Of a stretch of 64,000 nt of DNA, positions 9,427-21,495 are shown piece after piece (within the stretch, counting starts at the first letter, position 1; the number at the start of each line of letters is the position of its first letter). Made by a program: the position numbers and the translations under genes. The DNA comes from an uncultured Actinomycetota bacterium (GTDB lineage Bacteria > Actinomycetota > Actinomycetes > Streptosporangiales > Streptosporangiaceae): NCBI GenBank assembly GCA_963759545.1, contig CAVXAB010000015.1, positions 45,055 through 109,054 on the forward strand, in the 5' to 3' direction. The notes under the pieces were generated by a model. It had not been told where the DNA came from. It searched no databases and saw nothing but the letters and a program-made list of their open reading frames with translations.

Positions 9427-10757
9427 GCGCCCAGGTCCTTCAACGCCGCCGCAAGCGGTTGGGCCAAGTGAGTCGGCTGCACTCGTTCGGTGGCTACGGT
9501 CGAGCAACCGACCCACAGAGCCGCCTCCGCGAGCGCTCGCGCCATTGGCGCGACGGCCGCGGGCTTTTCCATGAGCACGTTCCTGGCGACGAGCGTGTTC
9601 CCCTCCCTGCCCGGGTCCACCCAGCCCACGATCCGGCCGCCGGCGAGCAGCGGCATCGTGAAGTAGCCGCGCTCGCGCTTCTCCTTCGGCACGTAGGGCT
9701 CGAACAGGTGGCGGTAGCCGAACATCCGCAGCGTCCGCTTCCTGTCCCAGATCAGCGAGTCGAACGGGGACAGCAGCGCCGTGCGGTGCGTGCCGCGCCC
9801 GCCCGCGCTGAGCCAGGCCAGCGCCGCCGGGTCGCCCCAGGCCGCCACCGGCGCAGTGCCAGCCCGGGGGGACGACCCCCCGGAACCCCCCGCCCGGGCG
9901 CCAGGCACGGTCACCGGGACGAGCCCGGCCGCCGCGGCGGCCTCGTCGAGGTGCGGGCCGCTTCGCAGGCCCAGCCGGTACTCGTTGAGCCGCAGGTACT
10001 CGATGAAGTCCGCGTGGGTGGCCACGCCGAGCGCGCGGGTGGCGGTCCCGACCAGGTAGGACAGGCATTCCGCGTCGGTCGGCTCGCGGTCGATCAGTTC
10101 CTTCGGTATGACACGTTCCGGCAGGTCGTAGACGCGCCGCCAGCCGGTGCGCCGCACGCAGACCGCCCGGCCGGTGTCGAGGAGCCACTCGGCGGCGATC
10201 TTCACCTCCGACCAGTCCCACCACGGCCCGCCCGCCTTCGCGCCGCCGAGCTGGGTGGCCGTGAGCGGCCCCTCGTCGCGCAGCCGGGCGAGCACCACCT
10301 CGCAGGTGTCCTCGGAGACCTTGTGCCAGCGCTGCCCGCGCGCGGTGATGGCGCGCCGCCGCATGGCGTAGTACGGCCAGTCCGCGATCGGCAGTATGCA
10401 GGCCGCGTGCGCCCAGTACTCGAACGTCGTCGGCTTCTTCGCGGGCCAGTACGCGTTCTCCACCCTGTCCCGCCCGACCGGCCCGAGCCGCGCGTACGCG
10501 ACGAGCTCGTGCGACCGGGCGAGCACCGAGATCGTGTCAAGCTGCACGGCACTGACCCGCCGCAGCACCCCGGTCACGCCGCCGCGCCGCGCGCCGGCCC
10601 CGAGGAAACCCTGAGAGTAAAGGGTGATCCGCCGCACCTCGTCGGCGCTCAGTGCCGTCATCTCCCGGGGGTGCGGCCGACCGCCCCCGTAGTCCGCGGC
10701 GTCCGCGCCCGCTGCTGTTTCCTGATCATCCCGAACGGGTGCGGCTGACTTTCCCAC
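9423..10757 (-). CDS. YcaQ/AlkZ-like winged-helix DNA glycosylase
   Basis: [45 protein letters not shown] motifs. Start at GTG 10757 inferred from a TACAGT -10 box 7 nt upstream. Confidence 0.88.
   Translation of the reverse strand: MGKSAAPVRDDQETAAGADAADYGGGRPHPREMTALSADEVRRITLYSQGFLGAGARRGGVTGVLRRVSAVQLDTISVLARSHELVAYARLGPVGRDRVENAYWPAKKPTTFEYWAHAACILPIADWPYYAMRRRAITARGQRWHKVSEDTCEVVLARLRDEGPLTATQLGGAKAGGPWWDWSEVKIAAEWLLDTGRAVCVRRTGWRRVYDLPERVIPKELIDREPTDAECLSYLVGTATRALGVATHADFIEYLRLNEYRLGLRSGPHLDEAAAAAGLVPVTVPGARAGGSGGSSPRAGTAPVAAWGDPAALAWLSAGGRGTHRTALLSPFDSLIWDRKRTLRMFGYRHLFEPYVPKEKRERGYFTMPLLAGGRIVGWVDPGREGNTLVARNVLMEKPAAVAPMARALAEAALWVGCSTVATERVQPTHLAQPLAAALKDLGA
9863..9892 (+). repeat. 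REP-like element (family F1) inside the YcaQ-like coding sequence
   Basis: CCCGGGGGGACGACCCCCCGGAACCCCCCG, nearly identical to the intergenic copy at 60503. Confidence 0.75.
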
Positions 10758-10851
10758 GCCCATGACTGTAGCCGTCGGGTACGACATTCCGGCCCCACAG
10801 CCAGGCGATAGATGCCGCCCGCTTCGTTCAGCGAGCCCATCATTAAGCTTC

Positions 10852-10893
10852 GATATCTAAGACATTGACATCTAACTCTTAGATATCTAAGCT
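10852..10893 (+). promoter_or_regulatory. Housekeeping-sigma promoter (TTGACA-N17-TAAGCT) overlapped by the perfect palindrome CTTAGATATCTAAG
   Basis: -35 at 10865-10870, -10 at 10888-10893, palindrome 10878-10891, extra half-site GATATCTAAG at 10852. Confidence 0.75.
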
Positions 10894-10953
10894 TCTGCTA
10901 TCGCGGCGGCCGGCCCTCGGGCCGCCACGGCACAGCGAGAAGGGACGTGCGCG

Positions 10954-11901
10954 ATGAGCGAAGCCGCAATTGAGGCCAACGGCCTGCGGAAGGCCTTCGG
11001 TGACGTGCTGGCGCTTGACGGGCTGAGCCTGGCAGTGCCCCCCGGATCCGTGCTCGGGCTGCTCGGGCCGAACGGTTCCGGCAAGACCACCACCGTGTCC
11101 ATCCTTGCCACCTCGCTGCGTCCGGACGCGGGCCGCGCGACCGTCGACGGGCTCGACGTGGTGAAAGATGCGGCGCAGGTACGCCGCGTCATCGGCCTGG
11201 CCGGCCAGTTCGCGGCCGTGGACCCCAACTTGACCGGACGGGAGAACCTCAGGCTGATCGGGCGGCTGTCCCGGGTGGGCCGCGCCCAGGCCAGGATCCG
11301 CGCCGACGAGTTGCTCGACAGCTTCGGGCTGAACGCGGCGGCGGGCCGGCTGGTACGCGGCTACTCGGGCGGGATGCGGCGCCGGCTCGACGTGGCCGCG
11401 GCGCTGCTGCACCGGCCGGCGGTGCTGTTCCTCGACGAGCCCACCACCGGCCTTGACCCGGAGAGCCGCTTCGCGCTGTGGGACTCGGTGCGCGACCTCG
11501 CCAGGTCAGGCACCACCGTGCTGCTGACAACGCAGTACCTGGAAGAAGCCGACGCGCTGGCCGATCAGGTGGTGATCATCTCCGCCGGGCGGGTCGCCGA
11601 CACCGGCACGCCCGCCGAGCTGAAGGCCAGGTTCGGCTCGATGGTCTTCCACCTGGACTTCGGCGGGCAGGAGGCCGCGGCGGCCGCGGAAACGGCGCTT
11701 GCCCGCGCGGGCTACCGGCCGCAGCGCGACGGCGCGGGCATCCAGGTCCGGTCCGCCACCGGTTCAGGCGAGCTCACCGGCGTGCTGCGCGCCCTGGACA
11801 GCCGGGCACCCGACCCGGTGTCCGTCGCGGTGCGCGAACCCACCATGGACGACGTATTCCTCTCTCTCACCTCTCTCACCCGCGGAGGCGAAGCAGCATG
11901 A
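10954..11901 (+). CDS. ABC exporter ATP-binding subunit (DrrA-like)
   Basis: GPNGSGKT, YSGGMRRRL, FLDEPTTGLDP. Confidence 0.93.
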   Translation: MSEAAIEANGLRKAFGDVLALDGLSLAVPPGSVLGLLGPNGSGKTTTVSILATSLRPDAGRATVDGLDVVKDAAQVRRVIGLAGQFAAVDPNLTGRENLRLIGRLSRVGRAQARIRADELLDSFGLNAAAGRLVRGYSGGMRRRLDVAAALLHRPAVLFLDEPTTGLDPESRFALWDSVRDLARSGTTVLLTTQYLEEADALADQVVIISAGRVADTGTPAELKARFGSMVFHLDFGGQEAAAAAETALARAGYRPQRDGAGIQVRSATGSGELTGVLRALDSRAPDPVSVAVREPTMDDVFLSLTSLTRGGEAA

Positions 11902-12725
11902 GCACGATCGCAATCACGCCGCGCCCGGTCGCGGCCGGCCGCGTCGCGGCGGCGTCAAGCGCCGTCGCCAGCGCGCTCTCGGACACCGCCGACGTCGCCT
12001 GGCGCAACTTGCTGACTCAGTTGCGCACCCCGCAGGCGCTGGTGTTCGCCACCGTCCAGCCAGTGATCTTCGTGCTGCTGTTCCGGTACGCGTTCGGCGG
12101 CGCGATCCACGTGCCAGGCACGAACTACGTGGACTTCCTGATGCCGGGCATCTTCGCGCAGACGGTCGCCTTCGGCGCGGTCGGCACCGCGGTCGGGTTG
12201 TCCGGTGACCTGCGCACCGGCATCCTGGTCCGCTTCCGCACCCTGCCGATGTCCAGGATCGCCGTGCTCGGTGGCCGGACCGTCGCCGACCTGGCCCGCA
12301 ACCTGCTGGTGGTCGCGGTCATGACCGGCGTCGGCTTCGCCGCCGGGTTCCGCAGCCCGCACGGCGCGGGCGGCCTGCTCGCCGCGCTCGGCCTGGTGGT
12401 CGCGTTCGGCTACGCGCTCTCCTGGGGCTTCGCGTCACTCGGCCTGCGGGTCAGCGACCCGGAAGCGGCGCAGGCCGCAGCGGTGCCCCTGATATTCCTG
12501 CTGGTCTTCACCTCCGCCGCCTTCGTGCCTTCGACGGCGATGCCCGGCTGGCTGCAGGCGTTCGGCACCCATCAGCCGGTCGACGCCCTGGTCAACGCGG
12601 AACGCGCGCTGATACTCGGCGGCCAGGCAGCACACGACGTGCTTATCTCGCTGGCGTGGAGCGGGGGCATGCTAGTCGTGTTCGCCTTCTTCGCCGTCCG
12701 CACCTACGCCCGCATGGGCCGATAA
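11898..12725 (+). CDS. ABC-2 permease (DrrB-like)
   Basis: Hydrophobic; YVDFLMPG, RFRTLPMSR, SAAFVP motifs. Start at ATG 11898 overlaps the upstream stop (ATGA). Confidence 0.9.
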   Translation: MSTIAITPRPVAAGRVAAASSAVASALSDTADVAWRNLLTQLRTPQALVFATVQPVIFVLLFRYAFGGAIHVPGTNYVDFLMPGIFAQTVAFGAVGTAVGLSGDLRTGILVRFRTLPMSRIAVLGGRTVADLARNLLVVAVMTGVGFAAGFRSPHGAGGLLAALGLVVAFGYALSWGFASLGLRVSDPEAAQAAAVPLIFLLVFTSAAFVPSTAMPGWLQAFGTHQPVDALVNAERALILGGQAAHDVLISLAWSGGMLVVFAFFAVRTYARMGR

Positions 12726-12741
12726 CAGAAGGGATCAAGCA

Positions 12742-13125
12742 ATGGCAGTCGAACTGAACCACACCATCGTCCCAGCGCACGACCCGCAGGCATCGGCGCA
12801 GTTCCTCGCCGACATCCTCGGCCTGGTCGTCGATCCGCCGCTGGCGCACTTCACCCCGGTCACGCTGGCCAACGGGGTCAGCCTGGACTTCGATCACCAC
12901 GACCACGTCGACGAGCACCACTACGCGTTCCAGCTGGGCGACGAGGAATTCGATGCCGCCTTCCGCCGGATCAGGGACAGGGGCATCACGTACTACGCCG
13001 ACCCCGCCTGCCGCCAGCCCGGTCAGGTCTATGCAGGCAAGAACGGCCGCAGGGGCACCTATTTCCGTGACCCGAACGGCCACCTCATGGAGATCCTCAC
13101 GCCGGTCGGTGCCGTGCCCGTCTAA
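12742..13125 (+). CDS. VOC/glyoxalase-family protein
   Basis: LNHTIVPA, HYAF, YFRDPNGHLMEI. Confidence 0.9.
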   Translation: MAVELNHTIVPAHDPQASAQFLADILGLVVDPPLAHFTPVTLANGVSLDFDHHDHVDEHHYAFQLGDEEFDAAFRRIRDRGITYYADPACRQPGQVYAGKNGRRGTYFRDPNGHLMEILTPVGAVPV

Positions 13126-13130
13126 CATCT

Positions 13131-13175
13131 GGGGGGCCGGGGGGCCATCCGGGGGTCCAGGGGGCGGGCCCCCGG
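13131..13175 (-). repeat. REP-like element, family F1 variant
   Basis: Minus strand reads CCGGGGGCCCGCCCCCTGGACCCCCGG; lies between convergent genes. Confidence 0.6.
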
Positions 13176-13200
13176 AAACTAATCGGCGCCTGCCGGCGTT

Positions 13201-13461
13201 CTAATACCAGTCTGTGCTCATCGCCTTGGAGAACAAGAGGACGAGGCAGCCGATGATGGCGACGCCAGCGCCGATCCAGAAGATGAGCCAGTCTGGCTTG
13301 GGAATGAAGGCGATTCCGCCGATGATGAAACCGATGATGACGACGATGGTCCCGACCCAGGAGATGGGCCTGCCCGGGTTGTGCTCCAGGTGGCTGGAGC
13401 CGTGCGCCAGCGCTCCCGCGGTGCCCGTGCCCTCCACGGTGCCTGTTGCCTGCTCGGCCAC
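13201..13461 (-). CDS. Small two-TM membrane protein (HGxxPxxW/DUF6704-like)
   Basis: HNPGRPISW followed by two hydrophobic helices; position next to secA is typical. Confidence 0.75.
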   Translation of the reverse strand: MAEQATGTVEGTGTAGALAHGSSHLEHNPGRPISWVGTIVVIIGFIIGGIAFIPKPDWLIFWIGAGVAIIGCLVLLFSKAMSTDWY

Positions 13462-13625
13462 GACTCCTCCTCCAACCCAAAGCTGCCTATGCTGAGGTTG
13501 TCACGAAAATACCGCAACGAGGTCCGGGACTCGGTAGCGGGCCCCCATCTCGCCTACCATGGCAGTCAAAGCCTGTCAGTTGATCCCACGTCCGATGAGT
13601 ACTGCCGCAAGGAGCACGACGAAAA

Positions 13626-16757
<3,132 letters not shown>

Positions 16758-16760
16758 CCG

Positions 16761-16834
16761 CAGGGGGGACGACCCCCCTGCACCCCCCGAGCATGGGGGG
16801 GCTTCGCCCCCCCATATCCCCCCCACGGGGGGAC
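16761..16834 (+). repeat. REP-like composite (family F1) with TTCG hairpin
   Basis: CAGGGGGG-ACGA-CCCCCCTG-CACCCCCCG followed by ATGGGGGGG-CTTCG-CCCCCCCAT. Confidence 0.75.
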
Positions 16835-16925
16835 GTCGCAAAAACCGCTCGCCCCCCGCGCTGTGGCTGAGGTTAGGGCCCGGTGGTTGCTGTAGCAGGC
16901 GATCCACAACCCGGACCGCCCGCGG

Positions 16926-17396
16926 CTACGCCGCTTCGATGTCGGTGCAGAGCCATTGCCTGGGGTGCTCGGCGTGCTCGAGGCGGACGGCGAGGGCCCT
17001 GGTGCGCGGGCCGGTCACCACGACCATGGTCATCTCGATGACGCCGGGCGTCGGCCGCATGGTGAGCACGCGCAGCACCCTGGGCTTGTGCTCGCCGGTG
17101 AACAGCGGCATCAGCCGGTGCAGGTGAACGCTGCCGCGCTTGGACAGCCACGGCGTCAGCTGCCTGACCGGGCGGACGCCCGCCAGGCACTCGACGAGGA
17201 AGGCCGCGAACTGCCCGGGCAGCACGGCACCCGGGTCGGGCGCCTGCGGCTGCGCGTAGCTCGGGCGGGCCGGCTCGCTGCAGCGCGCGGGCTCCTGGTC
17301 GAGCGGCGGCCAGACGTCCGTGAGCGCGATGAGCTGGATCGCGGATTCCTCCCCGTCGGCGGGGCCGCGGGACGCCAGGGCTGGCTCTACGGGCAT
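16926..17396 (-). CDS. Rv3235-family protein
   Basis: LAGVRPVRQL...RALAVRLE...WLCTDIE; convergent with secA. Confidence 0.85.
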   Translation of the reverse strand: MPVEPALASRGPADGEESAIQLIALTDVWPPLDQEPARCSEPARPSYAQPQAPDPGAVLPGQFAAFLVECLAGVRPVRQLTPWLSKRGSVHLHRLMPLFTGEHKPRVLRVLTMRPTPGVIEMTMVVVTGPRTRALAVRLEHAEHPRQWLCTDIEAA

Positions 17397-17507
17397 CGTT
17401 TCCCCCTGGTTGTGGACGGGCCAGTGACAACTGCTTGCGCATTACATCTACTCGCCCCCACCGACATTCCACCGCTGGCGACCATCGGCGGTCGCTAAGC
17501 TTTGCGC

Positions 17508-18059
17508 GTGGCGCACATAGCAGCGCAAGGTGGTGCCAGTGCCGCGGGGGCGGGGCCAAGGAAGCCGCGGGCGGTCAAGGCCAAGCCCAAGGAGACGGCC
17601 GCGAGCAGGTCCGCGACGGCGGCGGCCGCGAAGGGCAAGGCGTACCCGTTCACGGCCGATGCAGGCCGCGCCGCGAACATGCGGGGCAACCGCCGCGCCG
17701 ACACCAAGCCCGAGCTGGCGCTGCGCGCCGCGCTGCACGCCAAGGGCTACCGCTACCGCAAGGACTTCCGGCTCGACCTGCCGCTGCGCCGGGTCCGCCC
17801 GGACATCGCGTTCACCAGCCGCAAGGTCGCCGTGTTCGTCGACGGCTGCTTCTGGCACGCCTGCCCGGACCACGGCAGCAAGCCGAAGAACAATGACTGG
17901 TACTGGTCGCCGAAGCTGGCCAGGAACGTCGAGCGTGACCGCGCCGCCGACGAGGCGCTCACGCAGGCCGGCTGGACGGTGGTCCGGCTCTGGGAGCACG
18001 TACCTCTCACGGAGGCGATAGACGCCGTGGTCGCCGCCGTCGGCCGGCCCCGACGGTAG
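17508..18059 (+). CDS. vsr: Very short patch repair endonuclease
   Basis: NMRGNRRADTKPE, PDIAF, VFVDGCFWHAC, RNVERDR, GWTVVRLWEH. Confidence 0.93.
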   Translation: MAHIAAQGGASAAGAGPRKPRAVKAKPKETAASRSATAAAAKGKAYPFTADAGRAANMRGNRRADTKPELALRAALHAKGYRYRKDFRLDLPLRRVRPDIAFTSRKVAVFVDGCFWHACPDHGSKPKNNDWYWSPKLARNVERDRAADEALTQAGWTVVRLWEHVPLTEAIDAVVAAVGRPRR

Positions 18060-18069
18060 CATTTCGGCC

Positions 18070-18558
18070 ATGCGCGTCTACCTGCCGTCCACGATGCCGG
18101 GCCTGGCCGACATTCTCACCAAGGGCGAGGCGGGCCCGGCCCCGCTGCGCGCCTTCGCGGTAACCCCGGCGCTGCGTGAGGCCTACGCGAGCGGTGACGA
18201 CGAGGAGCTTGAGTACGTGGCGATGCTCGCGGCCGCCAAGCAGTCGCTCCGGCTGCTCGACGCCGACCCAGGTGCGCCGCGCCGCCGCGTCGTCCTCGCC
18301 GCCGACGTGTCCGATGCGCAGGTCAGCTGGCACGCGTACGACGACGAGCCCGCCGCGGTCCTGGTCGGCAGCGAGATCCAGGTCGGGACGATCGCCTCGG
18401 GTCACGTCGACGAGCTGGACGCGGTGCCCGACGTGGCCGCGGCGGCCGACGCGATCACCGCCGCCGACGCGGGCGACGACGACGCCTGCTTCGCGGTCGA
18501 CTCCGCCGAGGCCCACGAGCTCGCCTGGTACGCGACCCAGGAACTCGAGTACCTCTAG
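18070..18558 (+). CDS. DUF6912-like conserved actinobacterial protein
   Basis: MRVYLPST...AFAVTPALRE...EELEYVAM...ELAWYATQE. Confidence 0.8.
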   Translation: MRVYLPSTMPGLADILTKGEAGPAPLRAFAVTPALREAYASGDDEELEYVAMLAAAKQSLRLLDADPGAPRRRVVLAADVSDAQVSWHAYDDEPAAVLVGSEIQVGTIASGHVDELDAVPDVAAAADAITAADAGDDDACFAVDSAEAHELAWYATQELEYL

Positions 18559-18663
18559 CCCCGCCGGGAACCTGGCGGCACCCAGGGCCACTTCATCGAA
18601 TGGCCCGGGCGCACCCAGGGCCAGTTAGCATGAGCGGGTTATCACGTTGTCCCGCTAGGGAAG

Positions 18664-20301
18664 GTGGCCAGCATGGACGCTGTGACCCGGGTTCCCCCGC
18701 CGTTCAACGAGCCGATCAGGCAGTACCCGCCGGGAAGCTCAGACCGTGAGGTACTGAAGGCCAAGATCAAGGAACTATCAGGCCAGCGGGCGGAGCTCGC
18801 GATGACCATCGGCGGCCGGGCCGTCATGGGTTCTGGCGAGCGGGTGGCCGTCGTCCAGCCGCACAACTTCCGGCACGTCCTCGGTGACCTGGTCAATGCC
18901 ACCGACGCGGACGTCGTCGCGGCGATCGCGGCCGCCGGCGGCGCGGCGCGGGCGTGGCGGGCGCTGCCTTTCGACGAGCGCGCCGCCGTCTTCCTCCGCG
19001 CGGCCGACCTCCTCGCCGGCCCGTGGCGCGCGACGCTGAACGCCGCGACGATCCTCGGCCAGTCGAAGTCGGTCTTCCAGGCCGAGATCGACGCCGCCTG
19101 CGAGATGATCGACTTCTGGCGGTACAACGTCGCCTTCGCCAGGCAACTGATCGCCGAGCAGCCGGCGTCCGCGCCAGGCACGTGGAACCGGATGGAGTAC
19201 CGCCCGCTCGAGGGGTTCGTGCTGGCGATCACGCCGTTCAACTTCACCTCGATCGCGGGGAACCTGCCGACCGCGCCGGCCCTGCTCGGCAACGTGGTGG
19301 TGTGGAAGCCGTCGCCGACGCAGCAGCTCGCGGCCCACTACACGATGGCCCTGCTTGAGGCGGCCGGGCTGCCGCCCGGTGTGATCAACATGGTGACCGG
19401 GGATGGCCAGGCGGTCTCCCGCGTGGCGCTTTCCCACCCCGACCTGGCAGGCATCCACTTCACCGGGTCGACGGGCACCTTCCAGCACCTGTGGCGCACC
19501 GTAGGCGGAAATATCCAGAATTATCACGACTACCCCCGCCTGGTCGGCGAGACCGGCGGCAAGGACTTCGTGATCGTCCACCCATCGGCGGACCCCGGCT
19601 CCATCGTGACCACGCTCGTCCGCGGCGCCTTCGAGTACCAGGGGCAGAAGTGCTCCGCCGCCTCCCGCGCCTACCTGCCCGCCTCGCTGTGGGCGGTGGT
19701 CAAGGACGAGCTCATCGCCGCCACGCAGTCGATCGCCTACGGCGACGTGTCCGAGGACCTGTCCCTCTTCGGCGGCGCGGTGATCGATTCACGCGCGGTG
19801 GACAAGCATCGCGGCGCGTTCGACCGGGCGCGGTCCCGCCCGTCGGTCAGCTTCCTCGCCGGCGGCGAGATCGACGACGAGACGGGCTACTTCGTCAGGC
19901 CGACCATCCTGGAGTGCACGGACCCGGCTGACGAGGTGTTCACCACCGAGTACTTCGGCCCGATCCTCGCCGTGCACGTCTACCAGGACGCGCGCTACTC
20001 GGAAACGCTCACCCAGGCCGCCGACGCGGCGCCGTACGCGCTGACCGGCTCGATCCTCGCCACCGATCGCACCGCGATCGCCGAGGCGGCCGAGGCGCTG
20101 CGCTACAGCGCGGGCAATTTCTACGTCAACGACAAGCCGACCGGCGCGGTGGTCGGCCAGCAGCCGTTCGGCGGCGCCAGGGCCAGCGGCACCGACGACA
20201 AGGCGGGCTCGGTCTTCAACCTCATCCGCTGGGTTTCCGCCCGGTCGATCAAGGAGACGTTCGTCCCGCCTACCGACTACCGTTATCCGCACATGGGCTG
20301 A
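18664..20301 (+). CDS. pruA: 1-pyrroline-5-carboxylate dehydrogenase (aldehyde dehydrogenase fold)
   Basis: PFNFTSI, FTGST, GETGGKDF, EYQGQKCSA, EYFGP, QPFGG. Start at 18664 or 18673. Confidence 0.93.
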   Translation: MASMDAVTRVPPPFNEPIRQYPPGSSDREVLKAKIKELSGQRAELAMTIGGRAVMGSGERVAVVQPHNFRHVLGDLVNATDADVVAAIAAAGGAARAWRALPFDERAAVFLRAADLLAGPWRATLNAATILGQSKSVFQAEIDAACEMIDFWRYNVAFARQLIAEQPASAPGTWNRMEYRPLEGFVLAITPFNFTSIAGNLPTAPALLGNVVVWKPSPTQQLAAHYTMALLEAAGLPPGVINMVTGDGQAVSRVALSHPDLAGIHFTGSTGTFQHLWRTVGGNIQNYHDYPRLVGETGGKDFVIVHPSADPGSIVTTLVRGAFEYQGQKCSAASRAYLPASLWAVVKDELIAATQSIAYGDVSEDLSLFGGAVIDSRAVDKHRGAFDRARSRPSVSFLAGGEIDDETGYFVRPTILECTDPADEVFTTEYFGPILAVHVYQDARYSETLTQAADAAPYALTGSILATDRTAIAEAAEALRYSAGNFYVNDKPTGAVVGQQPFGGARASGTDDKAGSVFNLIRWVSARSIKETFVPPTDYRYPHMG

Positions 20302-20322
20302 AAATTCAGCGGAGGGGTTCCG

Positions 20323-21036
20323 ATTCACCGGCTGGTTCTGTGGAACATCGACCTGACGCTGCTCGACGTCGCGAGGGTCACCAGGGCGGCGTACGCCGAG
20401 GCCTTCGCCGCGGTGACCGGCCGCCCGCTCGTCCAGCTGCCGCAACTGGTCGGCATGACCGAGCCGGAGATCTTCTTCGACGCGCTGGGCCGTAACGGCG
20501 TCAGCCTCCGCGCGGACGGGGAGTCCGAGCGGCTGCTCGCGCCGTTCGGCGCCGAGTTCGCGACGCGCCTGGCCGCCCGCAGGGACCTGCTGACCACCGA
20601 GGGCTCCCTGCTGCCGGGCGCGGCCGAGGCGCTGCGGGCCGTGGCGACGCTCGACGGCGTGGTCCAGTCGGTGCTGACCGGGTCGAGCCGCCCGAACGCC
20701 GCGCTCAAGCTCCGCGCCTTCGGCCTCGACCGGTACGTGGACCTGGCCGTCGCCGGATTCGCCGGCTCCGAGCCCTACCCGAAGGGCGCGCTGCTGCGCG
20801 CCACCCGGCTTCGTGCCGAGGAAAAGTACCAGGTCAGCTTCGCGGAGAAGGCGACCATCTACGTCGCGGACTCGCCGCGCGACGTCGAGGCCGCGGCGAT
20901 GGGCGGCGCCACGTCGGTCGCGGTGGCCAGCGGCCGAGCGTCCAGCGCCGAACTTCGCGACGCCGGCGCGGACCTGGTCCTCCCCGACCTCACCAACCCC
21001 GCGCCCCTCATCGCTCTCATCACCGCCCGCCCCTGA
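20323..21036 (+). CDS. HAD-superfamily protein with degenerate motif I (WNIDLT) and no canonical start codon
   Basis: The frame is open upstream of GTG 20413: IHRLVLWNIDLTLLDVARVTRAAYAEAF; later VLTGS and YVADSPRDV. GGAGG lies 7 nt before ATT 20323. Confidence 0.7.
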   Translation: MHRLVLWNIDLTLLDVARVTRAAYAEAFAAVTGRPLVQLPQLVGMTEPEIFFDALGRNGVSLRADGESERLLAPFGAEFATRLAARRDLLTTEGSLLPGAAEALRAVATLDGVVQSVLTGSSRPNAALKLRAFGLDRYVDLAVAGFAGSEPYPKGALLRATRLRAEEKYQVSFAEKATIYVADSPRDVEAAAMGGATSVAVASGRASSAELRDAGADLVLPDLTNPAPLIALITARP

Positions 21037-21495
21037 CCTGGGCACCCGCCACCGGTCCGGCATGTGAGCCCCATCACCGCCCAGCCGCCCGAGTTAGCGC
21101 CGAGACCTTGACCCCTGTACGGGACCGTAGCCTCGGCGTTAACCTCGAAAAGATCGATCTTGGTGTGCTTATGCCGAAAAAGTCCGGCAGATCGCCACGC
21201 GTCATGAAGGCTGGTGGCCTAGTGCGGAAGCTTCTCCTAGGGTCTCCCCAGGAAAACCCCGGTGACCCGGGCGCCCTCACGGTCAGGAAGTGCTCGCTTC
21301 GGACCTTCCTGGTTCTAGTCTGTAGATAGGAGGGCATCAGGGCGCGTCCCATGCGCCCGTTCTTGCGATGCGACAGTGATCCGGATTTCTCGCTAGCGGC
21401 GCAGCCACGGGGGCACCGTGGCCGCCGCCGCATGCCCGTGTGCAGGACGGCACAACGAGGTGCCGTATCGGCCATCACAAAGGAGTGGACAGGCA

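Noticed and set aside
18578-18623. 13-bp direct repeat GCACCCAGGGCCA upstream of pruA
   Set aside because: Only two GC-rich copies and no candidate regulator nearby; could be chance.
20299-20301. Stop-codon readthrough producing a PruA-HAD fusion
   Set aside because: The frames match, but PruA ends at its usual C-terminus (YRYPHMG) and an SD follows, favouring independent initiation.
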